Source of the DNA: Candidatus Aenigmatarchaeota archaeon
GTDB lineage: Archaea; Aenigmatarchaeota; Aenigmatarchaeia; CG10238-14; SCSR01
Assembly: GCA_014238095.1 (NCBI GenBank)
Contig: JABABT010000025.1
Location: 39,460 to 103,459 of the forward strand
DNA: 64,000 nt
Direction: 5' to 3'
Position numbers and translations under genes: made by a program. Positions 43,207 through 53,277 of this stretch are shown in pieces. Numbering within the stretch: the stretch's first letter is position 1; each line of letters opens with the position of its first letter. The notes beneath the pieces were generated by a model. It had not been told where the DNA came from, did not search any database, and saw only the letters and a program-made list of their open reading frames with translations.

Positions 43207-44967
43207 TCACTTCATATTCATTGCAGCTGATTTGAAATAACCAACTGCTGGACCATAAAAATTTTGTGCAATTGTTTTCATTGTTATTGAAGTTATTCTA
43301 TCCATAAATGTTGAATCATATGGTCCACTTCTTGAAAATCTTATATTATTTTGTTTCCAACTTCTATTTGTCATTTGTTTTGGATTTATCAAATTATTTG
43401 GTTTTTGTTTTTTATTATTCATACCATAAAGATTTGGATACTCATCTTCCTTAATTATATCTTCAATTTTCTTTCCCTCTTCAGTGTCTCCAATTATATC
43501 AGTAATATGATTTTTTAGTTCTTTTTCTTGTAAAATTTTTTCTAATTCACGAATAATCATTACATTTTGTGTGTCAAAACATGCAACAAATGGATGATCA
43601 GGAAAACTACCAATAATAAAAGTTTCACCTTCTTTACCTGTTGGTGATCTTGTTACAACTCTAAATGTCTCAACTTCAAATGTAATAAAATAAGGACTTG
43701 GTACCCAATCCCATCTATTATATTCTTTGAATTTTTCTTCTAGATTCTTTCTAGCCTGCATTATATCTACCACATTAAGAGAAGATTTGTATTTATATTT
43801 TCCTTGATAATGTTTAACAAGTTTATCTGTTAAGAACATTACCCAATCATCAACTGGTTCTATTCCAGATGGAAATGTTGAAATAGTTTCATATTTTCCA
43901 CTAACATCAGAATTATTTTTCATTATTTCTTTCAAATTTTCTTTTAACATTTTAGGTAAATTTGATTTCATTAAAAGTTGTTTCTCTTCATATATTTGTA
44001 TTGGAGGTTTATCAAATCCTGGAGGATTAAAACTTCTCCATAACCAATATTCAGCCATATCAATTGAAACTGCTTGTGTTGAAGGTCTCCACCAATTAAA
44101 ACTATTAAGAATTGATGCTCCATCTTCTGTTTCACCAAATTCATGAATCATTTTATGTCTAAGTACAAATGGTCTAACCATTCTTCTATATTCCTTAATT
44201 GATTTTTTTCTTGATGCAACAAGTTCTTTCAAATGATGATATCTACTCATAACAGTTTCTTTAAATCTTTTTTTCCATTGTTGATAAATTTTATTTTTTG
44301 TTGAAAGTACAACACCTTCTGATTGAGAAAATTGATATTTTTCTGCTATTTTATTTGGATCTAAATCATTATCATCAAGACGCATAAAATCAACAATTAT
44401 TGTTGGCCATCTTGGTGCTATTAATTTTAATGCAACACCTTCACCAGTATGAACATCAACATGATCAATGAAAAGTGATTTCAAAGTTTGATTATGTCTT
44501 TTTTCTTCTTCTTTATTTTTTGATTTGGATGCTTTTTCTATTTCTTCAAAATAATGCATATATTCTTTATATCTTCTTATATCATGAGACAAAAGTTCAT
44601 AATCAGATATTGAAGATTGAATACTTGCAAGAGACTGTTTAATTTGTTGTTCCATATTTTGTTTTTGTTGTACAGTTACCTGATAATATTGTGAATGTAT
44701 AGGTGAAATTTCAATTCTTTCTTGAATTTTATCTACATGAAATCCTTGTTTTCTCATATTCCATAAAAATCCCATAAAAATATCATTACCTTTTCCTAAA
44801 TTTGTATCAATAAATATTTGTGTTCTTGCATTTGGTGGACCAATATGCGCAATTTCACCTGGAACAAATCCTTTAATTGGACCATCTCCAGGACCCTTAC
44901 CAAGTATAGATGGTAGTCCTTCACTACCTTTTTTATCATCTGAATATTTTCCACTTACAAAACTCAT
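43207..44967 (-). CDS. large hypothetical protein (~586 aa from MSFVSGKY; track extends to 45042)
   Basis: Long ORF whose proposed start overlaps the stop of the upstream 57-aa ORF by 4 nt (ATGA). No recognisable domain. Confidence 0.55.
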   Translation of the reverse strand: MSFVSGKYSDDKKGSEGLPSILGKGPGDGPIKGFVPGEIAHIGPPNARTQIFIDTNLGKGNDIFMGFLWNMRKQGFHVDKIQERIEISPIHSQYYQVTVQQKQNMEQQIKQSLASIQSSISDYELLSHDIRRYKEYMHYFEEIEKASKSKNKEEEKRHNQTLKSLFIDHVDVHTGEGVALKLIAPRWPTIIVDFMRLDDNDLDPNKIAEKYQFSQSEGVVLSTKNKIYQQWKKRFKETVMSRYHHLKELVASRKKSIKEYRRMVRPFVLRHKMIHEFGETEDGASILNSFNWWRPSTQAVSIDMAEYWLWRSFNPPGFDKPPIQIYEEKQLLMKSNLPKMLKENLKEIMKNNSDVSGKYETISTFPSGIEPVDDWVMFLTDKLVKHYQGKYKYKSSLNVVDIMQARKNLEEKFKEYNRWDWVPSPYFITFEVETFRVVTRSPTGKEGETFIIGSFPDHPFVACFDTQNVMIIRELEKILQEKELKNHITDIIGDTEEGKKIEDIIKEDEYPNLYGMNNKKQKPNNLINPKQMTNRSWKQNNIRFSRSGPYDSTFMDRITSITMKTIAQNFYGPAVGYFKSAAMNMK

Positions 44968-45137
44968 GTAAACACCAAAATACCTATACCTAATGCTACC
45001 ATAATGAAACCAATTAATATTCCAGTATATGAAAATTGCCATGATTGATATTCAGATACTTGAGGAAATATTAAAACCATACCAAGTCCTCCAAGTATTA
45101 ATAGTCCTCCAATTGTTGCTGTTATTAAATCTGGCAT
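44964..45137 (-). CDS. small 2-TM membrane peptide (MPDLITATIGGLLILGGLGMVLIF...), hand-derived
   Basis: 57-aa ORF found by hand in a frame different from the track ORF. Two hydrophobic helices, translationally coupled to the next gene. Confidence 0.4.
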   Translation of the reverse strand: MPDLITATIGGLLILGGLGMVLIFPQVSEYQSWQFSYTGILIGFIMVALGIGILVFT

Positions 45138-45207
45138 AAAATCACTAAAATTAATAGGGAATTAAGAAATTTAAAAGGAATATAAATGTTAAAAACTATT
45201 AAATTTT

Positions 45208-45735
45208 ATGCCTATATTCGCAAAAAACAAAATTACTATTGAAGAGGATTGTTTACTACCATCTCCAAAAATTTGGATGAGTTATTCTGGACCAAACCCA
45301 CATAAGGCTTATGGTAAAATAACAGAAATTTTAAAAAATAATTTAAAATTTAAAAATGAAAATATTCAAGAAAGAGAATTTAAATGGGATAGATCAAATG
45401 TAGTAGAAAAATTTTCTGGTTCTATTGAAGCTTTTAAAGATTTTGATAAATTCACTTACATAATGGCATTTATAGATTTTAGTGGAAATGTAAAACCTAG
45501 TAAAGAGTTTGGGAAAGTTGGTGACTTAAAAGTTGAAATTGATGGTTATATTAGAACAGATTATCCACAAGATACAGTTTGGGAAAGAAGTCTTTTTTAC
45601 GAAGTTATTAGATCTTTTTGGCATAAATTTTTCTATCAAAAAGAAAGATATGCTTTCAAGGAAAGATGTCGTAATATATTATTAGTTGTTCAAAAAGAAT
45701 TGAAAACTTATTTTGATATATTACCAAAGAGTTGA
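45208..45735 (+). CDS. hypothetical protein, paralog A of a tandem pair
   Basis: Shares GPNP, FKWD/FRWD and LKVEIDGYIRTD/LKIEIHGFIETD blocks with the next gene. Confidence 0.5.
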   Translation: MPIFAKNKITIEEDCLLPSPKIWMSYSGPNPHKAYGKITEILKNNLKFKNENIQEREFKWDRSNVVEKFSGSIEAFKDFDKFTYIMAFIDFSGNVKPSKEFGKVGDLKVEIDGYIRTDYPQDTVWERSLFYEVIRSFWHKFFYQKERYAFKERCRNILLVVQKELKTYFDILPKS

Positions 45736-45739
45736 TTGA

Positions 45740-46315
45740 ATGCCAGTTGCAGATTGGAAATCATATCATTTTCCTACAAAAATTAGAGATGAGATACCTA
45801 AAAATAGAGATGAAATTGTAATAGAATATAAAGGACCTAATCCAATAAAAATTTATAAAAATCTTACAAACATGTGTAAAAGAATATGGGAAGTTAAAGG
45901 AACTCAAATGTATGAACCTGATTTTAGATGGGATACTACATCAGATCCTCATGCTTTCTTTTTCCAAATTTATGTACAAAAGGGTATGGATAAATTTACT
46001 AAATATAGAGTTGACATAAAAATGAAAGGTTCCCAACCAAATGATCCTAAAAATAATGGTGAATTAAAAATTGAAATACATGGATTTATAGAAACAGATT
46101 TTAGTAGTTTTCTTGGAGATAAATTTGGAACTCCTGAACAAAAACTGAAAGCTGGTGTTATGAATATTATTTGGCCTATGATGTATTATCCATTTATGAA
46201 AGGTTATTATAATCCACTTAGAAGAAGATATTTTATTTATCATAGAAGAAGAATTGAAAGACTTGCAAATGAAATGAGGGCCATGCTTAATATACCTCTA
46301 AAACCATTATCATAA
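45740..46315 (+). CDS. hypothetical protein, paralog B of a tandem pair
   Basis: Paralogous to 45208-45735. C-terminal basic tail RRRYFIYHRRRIERL. Confidence 0.5.
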   Translation: MPVADWKSYHFPTKIRDEIPKNRDEIVIEYKGPNPIKIYKNLTNMCKRIWEVKGTQMYEPDFRWDTTSDPHAFFFQIYVQKGMDKFTKYRVDIKMKGSQPNDPKNNGELKIEIHGFIETDFSSFLGDKFGTPEQKLKAGVMNIIWPMMYYPFMKGYYNPLRRRYFIYHRRRIERLANEMRAMLNIPLKPLS

Positions 46316-46316
46316 T

Positions 46317-46745
46317 ATGAAACTTTCATCAATTTTTGGTATATTTAAAAAAAAGAAAATAATAGAAGATGAAGAAGATTTTTCTATATTAGGTCTAAAA
46401 AAACCTGAAATGAAAATGCCAAAAAATGAAGATGATGAAAATAAAATTACTCCTTTTCCAGTTTATGAAAATCCAGATACAAGTAAAATGATGAATGATA
46501 AACCAACAGACATAATGACTATGCCTAAAATGGAAGTAATGAAAACACCTGAAATGAAAATGCCAAAAAATGAAGATGATAATCAAGAAAAAATTAAATC
46601 AAAAATTGAATTAATTTCTAGTCATATTGAAAATATAAAAATTCAACAAGATGTAATGAATAATAAAATTACAAATATAGAAGATTTATTGAAAAAATTA
46701 ATTTCTATTACCATAAATAATATTGATTCAAATAATAGAGAATAA
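46317..46745 (+). CDS. hypothetical repeat protein (2x PEMKMPKNEDD) with C-terminal coiled coil
   Basis: The 33-nt DNA repeat cctgaaatgaaaatgccaaaaaatgaagatgat occurs at 46404 and 46548. The start overlaps the previous stop. Confidence 0.45.
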   Translation: MKLSSIFGIFKKKKIIEDEEDFSILGLKKPEMKMPKNEDDENKITPFPVYENPDTSKMMNDKPTDIMTMPKMEVMKTPEMKMPKNEDDNQEKIKSKIELISSHIENIKIQQDVMNNKITNIEDLLKKLISITINNIDSNNRE

Positions 46746-46970
46746 ATATTTTTTAATGTTGGAAAATTTCCATATGTTATTTCCCAAATATTTACAAAAT
46801 TCCAATTTGTAAATGTTGATTGAGTTTGTAATTCTATTTTTATTTTTCCTTCTACACCTTATAATGTTAATTATCCTGATGTTTCAATATCCAATATGAA
46901 TTTGTTATTGTTGAAGAATATATGATTAATAAATGTCAAATAATATAATCTGGAAAACTTTATTAATAAT

Positions 46971-48113
46971 ATGATAATTGGATTAGTTGGAAAACCATCA
47001 TCTGGAAAAAGTTCATTCTTCAAAGCAGCAACAATGATAGATGTTAAAATATCTCCAATACCATTTACAACAATAAAACCAAATATAGGAATTGGTTATG
47101 TAATATCAAATTGTGTTTGTAAAAAATTAAGAATAAAATGTAATCCAAAAAATGGAAGGTGTATTGAAGGGAAAAGGTTCATACCAGTAAAAATTATAGA
47201 TGTTGCTGGTCTTGTTCCAAATGCTCATGAAGGAAGGGGTATGGGAAATAAGTTTCTTGATGATTTGAGACAAGCAGATATTTTAATACATATAATAGAT
47301 TCATCTGGAACAACAGATGAGGAAGGAAATCAAACAAATAATCATAATCCAATGAGAGATATAGAATTTCTCGAAAGAGAAATTGATTATTGGATTTATT
47401 CAATTATACAAAAATCAGATACCTTATTATCACATGCAAAATCAAATTCAGAAATAATAAAAATACTTTTTGATCAATTAAGTGGACTTTCAATAAAAAA
47501 TAAAGATATTGAAAATGCTTTATCTAAATTTAATAATCCAATATCAACTGATTTTGCAACTACATTAAGAGAAAAATCAAAACCAATAATTATATCTGCA
47601 AATAAATGTGATTTGAAATCATCTAAAAATAATGTAGAAAAATTAATAAAATCATTATCTGCTATCCCTACTTCAGCTGAGGCAGAAATAACTTTAAATA
47701 AAGCTAATGAAAATGGATTTATTAATTATATTTCTGGTGGAGATTTTAAAATTTCTAAAAATATAAATAAAGAACAGGAAAAAGCATTAAAAATAATTAA
47801 AGATAATGTAATTGATAAATTTGAATCAACTGGTATTCAAAAATGTCTAAATAAAGCAGTTTTTGAAAGTCTAGAATATGTAGCAGTTTATCCAGTTGCT
47901 AATCCTAATAAATTTTCAGATAAAGATGGAAATATTTTACCAGATGTTTATCTTGTTCCAAAAGGAACTAATGTAAAAGAATTGGCTTTTAAAATACATA
48001 CTTCTATAGGAGAAAATTTCATAGCAGGAATAAATGCTAGAACAAAAAAGAAATTATCTTCTAATTATGAGATTCAACATAATGATATAATAGAAATAGC
48101 ATTTGCCAAATGA
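46971..48113 (+). CDS. Obg-family GTPase, YchF/OLA1-like with C-terminal TGS domain
   Basis: GLVGKPSSGKSSFF P-loop, DVAGLVPNAHEGRGMGNKFLDDLRQAD, and a C-terminal TGS-like segment. Confidence 0.65.
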   Translation: MIIGLVGKPSSGKSSFFKAATMIDVKISPIPFTTIKPNIGIGYVISNCVCKKLRIKCNPKNGRCIEGKRFIPVKIIDVAGLVPNAHEGRGMGNKFLDDLRQADILIHIIDSSGTTDEEGNQTNNHNPMRDIEFLEREIDYWIYSIIQKSDTLLSHAKSNSEIIKILFDQLSGLSIKNKDIENALSKFNNPISTDFATTLREKSKPIIISANKCDLKSSKNNVEKLIKSLSAIPTSAEAEITLNKANENGFINYISGGDFKISKNINKEQEKALKIIKDNVIDKFESTGIQKCLNKAVFESLEYVAVYPVANPNKFSDKDGNILPDVYLVPKGTNVKELAFKIHTSIGENFIAGINARTKKKLSSNYEIQHNDIIEIAFAK

Positions 48114-48147
48114 TTAAAATATAAAATAATAAATTAATTAGAGGAAA

Positions 48148-49494
48148 ATGTATTCTAAAAATATTGATAAGATTCTAAAATCAGAGAAGATAGAAATTGG
48201 AGATAGAATAAAAATTACTAAAAATGAACTTATTGTTGATGGAATTTTACTACCAAGAATTCAAATGGGTAATACTTCATGTATAGTAATAAAACAGGAT
48301 AATGGTTACAATATTGGTATAATGTATGAAAAAGGAATTAAGTTAAAACTTCAAAAAAAAGGTAAACCTATAGAATTAAGACATCATTCGTCCAATACAA
48401 AATCAAATGTAAATAAACCTACATTATCTATTTTAGGGGCTGGTGGAACTATATCTTCAAGAATTGAATATAATACTGGTGCTGTTTTTCCAGAATTATA
48501 CCCAGAAGACTTACTTAATTCATTTCCACAATTAAGAAAAATATCAAACATAAAATGTAGAGAATTATTTAATTTATTTTCTGAAGATATTACTCCAGAA
48601 CATTGGAAAATAATAGCAAAAAATGTTGTAAAAGAAATTAATTCTGGTTCAGATGGGATTATAATTATGCATGGTACAGATACAATGAATTATACAGCAA
48701 CTGCACTTAGTTTTATGCTACAAAATATCCCAGTTCCTATTGTTTTGGTTGGTGCACAAAGAAGTAGTGATAGAGGGAGTAGTGATAATATGATGAATTT
48801 AATTTGTGCTGCTAATACTGCAGCTAAAAGTAATATAGGAGAAATTTCTGTTTGCATGCATGGTACAAGTAGTGATAATTTTTGTTATATACATAGAGGA
48901 AATAAAGTTAGGAAAATGCACACAAGTAGAAGGGATGCATTTAGATCAATTAATTCGTTTCCATTTGCAAAAGTTTGGTTTGATAATAATAAAATAGAAT
49001 ATTTACATAATGATTATAAAAAAATAGGTAATAAAAAAATTAAAATTGATGATAAAATAAATCCAAATGTTGGACTTCTTCAAATACATCCTGGAATTAA
49101 TCCAAAACTTATAGAATATTCAAAGAAAATATTTGATGGTGTTGTCATATCTGGAACTGGTTTGGGACATGTATCTACAAACCCTTCAAAAAATAAACTT
49201 TCAAATAATATAATACCTGCTATTAAAAATTTAATTGATTCTGACATACCTGTTGTTATGTCACCTCAAACAATTTATGGTAGAATTAATATGAATGTTT
49301 ATTCTGCTGGTAGACTTCTACAAAAAGCTGGTGTAATTGGTGATGGTGCTGATTGGTTACCTGAAACTGCTCTTATAAAACTTATGTGGGTTCTTGGACA
49401 TACGAAAAATATGAAAAAAATTGAAGAAATTATGATGACAAACATTTCAGGAGAAATATCAAAAAGAAATGATATTGGTACTTTTTTGGTGTAA
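48148..49494 (+). CDS. gatD: Glu-tRNA(Gln) amidotransferase subunit D
   Basis: Asparaginase-type ILGAGGTISS motif plus an N-terminal extension. Immediately followed by gatE. Confidence 0.8.
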   Translation: MYSKNIDKILKSEKIEIGDRIKITKNELIVDGILLPRIQMGNTSCIVIKQDNGYNIGIMYEKGIKLKLQKKGKPIELRHHSSNTKSNVNKPTLSILGAGGTISSRIEYNTGAVFPELYPEDLLNSFPQLRKISNIKCRELFNLFSEDITPEHWKIIAKNVVKEINSGSDGIIIMHGTDTMNYTATALSFMLQNIPVPIVLVGAQRSSDRGSSDNMMNLICAANTAAKSNIGEISVCMHGTSSDNFCYIHRGNKVRKMHTSRRDAFRSINSFPFAKVWFDNNKIEYLHNDYKKIGNKKIKIDDKINPNVGLLQIHPGINPKLIEYSKKIFDGVVISGTGLGHVSTNPSKNKLSNNIIPAIKNLIDSDIPVVMSPQTIYGRINMNVYSAGRLLQKAGVIGDGADWLPETALIKLMWVLGHTKNMKKIEEIMMTNISGEISKRNDIGTFLV

Positions 49495-49497
49495 AAT

Positions 49498-51351
49498 ATG
49501 GATTATAAAAAAATTGGATTAAAATGTGGAATTGAAGTCCATAATCAATTAAATACTGATAATAAACTTTTTTGTAAATGTAATACAAAAATGTCTGGAG
49601 AAAAACCATTAGTTAAGATATTTAGAAAACAACATCCAGTTGCAAGCGAACTTGGTGAATATGATATAGCTACAAAATATGAAGTGATGAGAAATCGTTC
49701 TTTTGGATATGAATCATTTAAAGATGAAACTTGTAATGTTGAATTGGATGAAGAACCTCCACATAAATTAAATATGGAAGCATTAGAAGTTGCATTAACT
49801 GTTTCTATACTTTTAAATTGTAAAATAGTTGATGAAGTTCATGTTATGAGAAAAAATGTTATTGATGGTAGTAATACAACATCATTCCAAAGAACAATGG
49901 TAATAGGTATGGATGGATTTTTAAATTATAATGGGAAAAAAATACCAATTGATCAAGTTTCTTTAGAGGAAGATGCTTCTGCAATTATTGGAAAAGAAAA
50001 TGGTATTGTTAAATATAAATTAAACAGATTAGGAATACCTCTTATAGAAATAGCAACTGGTTTATTAGAAGAATTTACACCAGAAGAAGTTCAAGATATA
50101 TCTTTTAATTTAGGTATGGTTATTAGATCAACCGGGAAGGCAAAAAAAACTCTTGGTGCAATAAGACAAGATATTAATGTTTCTATTAAAGATGGTGCTA
50201 GGAATGAAATTAAAGGTATACAAGAATTGAGTATGCTTTCAAAATCAATTAAAAATGAAATTACAAGACAATTATCAATTATTCAATTAAAAAAACATTT
50301 AGAAAAATTAAATGTAAAAAAAATACATGATAATCCTATTTCTGTTACATCAATTATTTCAGATACAGAAAATAAAATTTTAAAAAATATCATTGAAAAA
50401 AATGGTAATATTTTTGCTATTATTTTACCAAAATTCAAAGGTTTATTTAAAAGAGAAATTTTTCAAGGTAAAACTTTGGGTAAGGAATTTTCAGATGTTG
50501 CAATAGAATTTGGACTCAAAGGATTATTTCATAATGATGAAGATTTATCAAAATATGGATTAGAATTAGATTTTAAAAAAATTAAAGAGAATTTAAAAAT
50601 AAAAGATGATGATTTAATTATTCTCACAGGTGAAATAGAAACACATGGTAAAGTAGCATTAGAAGTATTAGAAAGAGCAAGACAATTACTAAAAGGTGTT
50701 CAAAAAGGTACAAGAAGTTCTTTACCTAATGGTTTGACAAAATATAATAGACCATTAGCGGGTGCAAAAAGAATGTATCCTGAATCTGATATAATTCCAA
50801 TAACAATAACAGAAGATTTAAAAATGAAATTAAAAAATAATTTACCAGAACCAATAAATAAAAAAATTGAAAGAATAAAAAAGGAATATAATATTTCAAA
50901 TGATCTTACTACACAAATTATAAAATTAGATATTTCAGAATTTTTTGAAGAATTATTCAAAAAAACAAAAGCAAATCCAAAAATAATAGCAAATACATTA
51001 GTATCTACATCTAAAAATATTGAAAAAAGATATAATGTAAATGTAAAAAATATAAAAGATTCACATTATTTTGATATTTTTAATTTGATTGGAAATGGAG
51101 AACTTTTAAAAGAATCTATTCCAGAAATTATTATTTACTTATCAAAAAATCCATCTGAAAATGTTAAAAATTGTATTAAAAATATTGGGATAAAGAAATT
51201 GTCTATTAATGAAATTGAAGAAATAGTTAAAAAAACATTATTAGAAGTAGATAATAAAAAACGATCTGTTGGTATTATAATGAGTAAATTACGTGGTAAA
51301 AGTGATATAAAAACTATATTAGAAATTATTAAAAGGTTTGAAAATAAATAA
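49498..51351 (+). CDS. gatE: Glu-tRNA(Gln) amidotransferase subunit E
   Basis: 617 aa with a GatB/E N-terminal core (IGLKCGIEVHNQL) and an insertion domain. Paired with gatD. Confidence 0.8.
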   Translation: MDYKKIGLKCGIEVHNQLNTDNKLFCKCNTKMSGEKPLVKIFRKQHPVASELGEYDIATKYEVMRNRSFGYESFKDETCNVELDEEPPHKLNMEALEVALTVSILLNCKIVDEVHVMRKNVIDGSNTTSFQRTMVIGMDGFLNYNGKKIPIDQVSLEEDASAIIGKENGIVKYKLNRLGIPLIEIATGLLEEFTPEEVQDISFNLGMVIRSTGKAKKTLGAIRQDINVSIKDGARNEIKGIQELSMLSKSIKNEITRQLSIIQLKKHLEKLNVKKIHDNPISVTSIISDTENKILKNIIEKNGNIFAIILPKFKGLFKREIFQGKTLGKEFSDVAIEFGLKGLFHNDEDLSKYGLELDFKKIKENLKIKDDDLIILTGEIETHGKVALEVLERARQLLKGVQKGTRSSLPNGLTKYNRPLAGAKRMYPESDIIPITITEDLKMKLKNNLPEPINKKIERIKKEYNISNDLTTQIIKLDISEFFEELFKKTKANPKIIANTLVSTSKNIEKRYNVNVKNIKDSHYFDIFNLIGNGELLKESIPEIIIYLSKNPSENVKNCIKNIGIKKLSINEIEEIVKKTLLEVDNKKRSVGIIMSKLRGKSDIKTILEIIKRFENK

Positions 51352-51357
51352 TATTTA

Positions 51358-51771
51358 ATGATAGAAATATCTTCTTTCCTAGAATTTGGATTCTTGTCTT
51401 ATTTAGTTATAAGAACACTAATAGCAGGAACAATATTATTAATTGTTTCAAGAATATTTTTCCCTAAAGGAGGAATAATTGCACCTTTTATTATAATTAT
51501 AATATCAATTATAGGAACAATTATTATTGAAGAAGAGTATATAATACCACTACTTGAAAATGATTCTGAAACTATTGTAGATACATTGAAAAATGAAGTA
51601 TTTGGATATGTTTTATCTTTTGCTGCTCCAATAATTATATGGATATTTGCATTAATGATATTTATGAGAATGGGATTATTTAGTGCTATTGGTGTATCAA
51701 TACTTATAAAAGCTATTGATTATGCTATAATAAAATATGAAATATTTATTTTTGTTGCTGAATATATTTAA
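51358..51771 (+). CDS. hypothetical membrane protein
   Basis: 137 aa with 3-4 hydrophobic helices. Confidence 0.4.
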   Translation: MIEISSFLEFGFLSYLVIRTLIAGTILLIVSRIFFPKGGIIAPFIIIIISIIGTIIIEEEYIIPLLENDSETIVDTLKNEVFGYVLSFAAPIIIWIFALMIFMRMGLFSAIGVSILIKAIDYAIIKYEIFIFVAEYI

Positions 51772-52646
51772 ACATCAGTATGAATTTCCATAATATCCAT
51801 ATCATGTAAAATATAATCAAGACCCACTTTTTTTCCACTATAAATTGTATCATTAAAAATTCTTGCAAATTTAAAATTTTTTAAGAATTCTTTATGAATT
51901 TTCTCTGTTAGTTCTTTTACAGTAGAACCCGGCTTCATTGAAACTGGTGGTAATCTTTTTGGTCCATTTGGAGATTTTGTATACACTCTAATCAAATTCA
52001 AACTAGACCAAATTCTTTTCTTTAGTTTTTCTAAACCAAGATTTTCTTCAGAAGAAATATTCAAATATTTTGATTTATTGTTATATCTTTTATTTCTTAC
52101 AAGAATTATTTTTTTATTTATTGCTTTTTCTACTAATATTTTTTTTATATATTTTTCTTGTTCCAACACATTTTTTGTAGCATCAACTAAAATTAAAACT
52201 AAATCTGAATTTCTGATAATTGAAATATAAATTGGTTCAAATTTAGAAGGTATTTCTATAATTTGAATAGGTATATCTTGATAAAACATCATTCCAATTT
52301 TGGGTATTTTTGTAGTGAATGGAATATTACTAATTTTTACATGTGCATTTGTTATTGATTTAAGTAAAGAACTTTTCCCTACTTGTGTTGGTCCTATAAT
52401 ACAAACTTGAGCAGACCCTTCCTTTTTCAAACTAAAACTAGAATTACCTTTCTTTCCACCACCAATTACTTCTTTTCTAAGTTTTGAAATTCTTTTTTTT
52501 AATTGTGCTATTAAATGATCAGTTCCTTTATGTTTTGGTAATGCTCTAATCATACCTTCTAATGCTTCAATTTTTTGTTCTTTTGATTTTGCATCAGAAA
52601 ATTTTCTTTCTGCTATTGTATATTGTGGTCCAGCATTTATAGGCAT
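51768..52646 (-). CDS. Obg-family GTPase (DRG-like) with C-terminal TGS domain
   Basis: IGPTQVGKSSLL P-loop, a helical N-terminus, and a C-terminal TGS (IRVYTKSPNG..). Confidence 0.55.
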   Translation of the reverse strand: MPINAGPQYTIAERKFSDAKSKEQKIEALEGMIRALPKHKGTDHLIAQLKKRISKLRKEVIGGGKKGNSSFSLKKEGSAQVCIIGPTQVGKSSLLKSITNAHVKISNIPFTTKIPKIGMMFYQDIPIQIIEIPSKFEPIYISIIRNSDLVLILVDATKNVLEQEKYIKKILVEKAINKKIILVRNKRYNNKSKYLNISSEENLGLEKLKKRIWSSLNLIRVYTKSPNGPKRLPPVSMKPGSTVKELTEKIHKEFLKNFKFARIFNDTIYSGKKVGLDYILHDMDIMEIHTDV

Positions 52647-52701
52647 AAATTTTAATGTAAATTATTATTTATCTTATTTTGTTTAAATTGAATATCATAA
52701 A

Positions 52702-53172
52702 TTAATACTTAATTTTTTGTTGAATTATTTTTTCTAATTCTAAAGGATTTTTTATATTTTTTATTTCAAAATTTTTTTTATGTTTATTCAATATTATAGA
52801 TCCAAAATTAAAGATTCTTCCAAATAATCCTAAATGGATATTTATTTTCTTAATTTCAGAATATAAAATTGTTTGTTCTTTTTTTACAAAAAATCCTTCT
52901 GTTTTAGTTATACCATCTTTGGATACTATATAACTTCTCATTTTTCTATCTATAATAGATTCTAAAAATAATAGACTAATTATTAATAATAAAAATGAAG
53001 TTGTAAATACTCCAATATAATCTAAAATATTAGAAGGATTTAAAGTAAAGAAAATATTTAATTTAAAATTTAGTAAAAATAAAAATATTATTATATTTAC
53101 TGAAATTAAAAAATTATCCATATATGAAAATAATGAAGATTTATTTAATTGTCCTTTTATTATTTTATACAT
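52702..53172 (-). CDS. membrane protein with bacterial-type PH (bPH_2/YdbT-like) domain
   Basis: Two TM helices, then a DGITKTEGFFVKKEQTILYSEIKKINIHLGLFGRI segment. Confidence 0.5.
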   Translation of the reverse strand: MYKIIKGQLNKSSLFSYMDNFLISVNIIIFLFLLNFKLNIFFTLNPSNILDYIGVFTTSFLLLIISLLFLESIIDRKMRSYIVSKDGITKTEGFFVKKEQTILYSEIKKINIHLGLFGRIFNFGSIILNKHKKNFEIKNIKNPLELEKIIQQKIKY

Positions 53173-53277
53173 AAAAATAATTATATTTTGAATTATATTT
53201 ACTTTTAGTAAGAAATTTAAATGGAAAAAAAAAATAAAATCCCATTAATAAATTTATTATATGAAATGTTAACTAAA

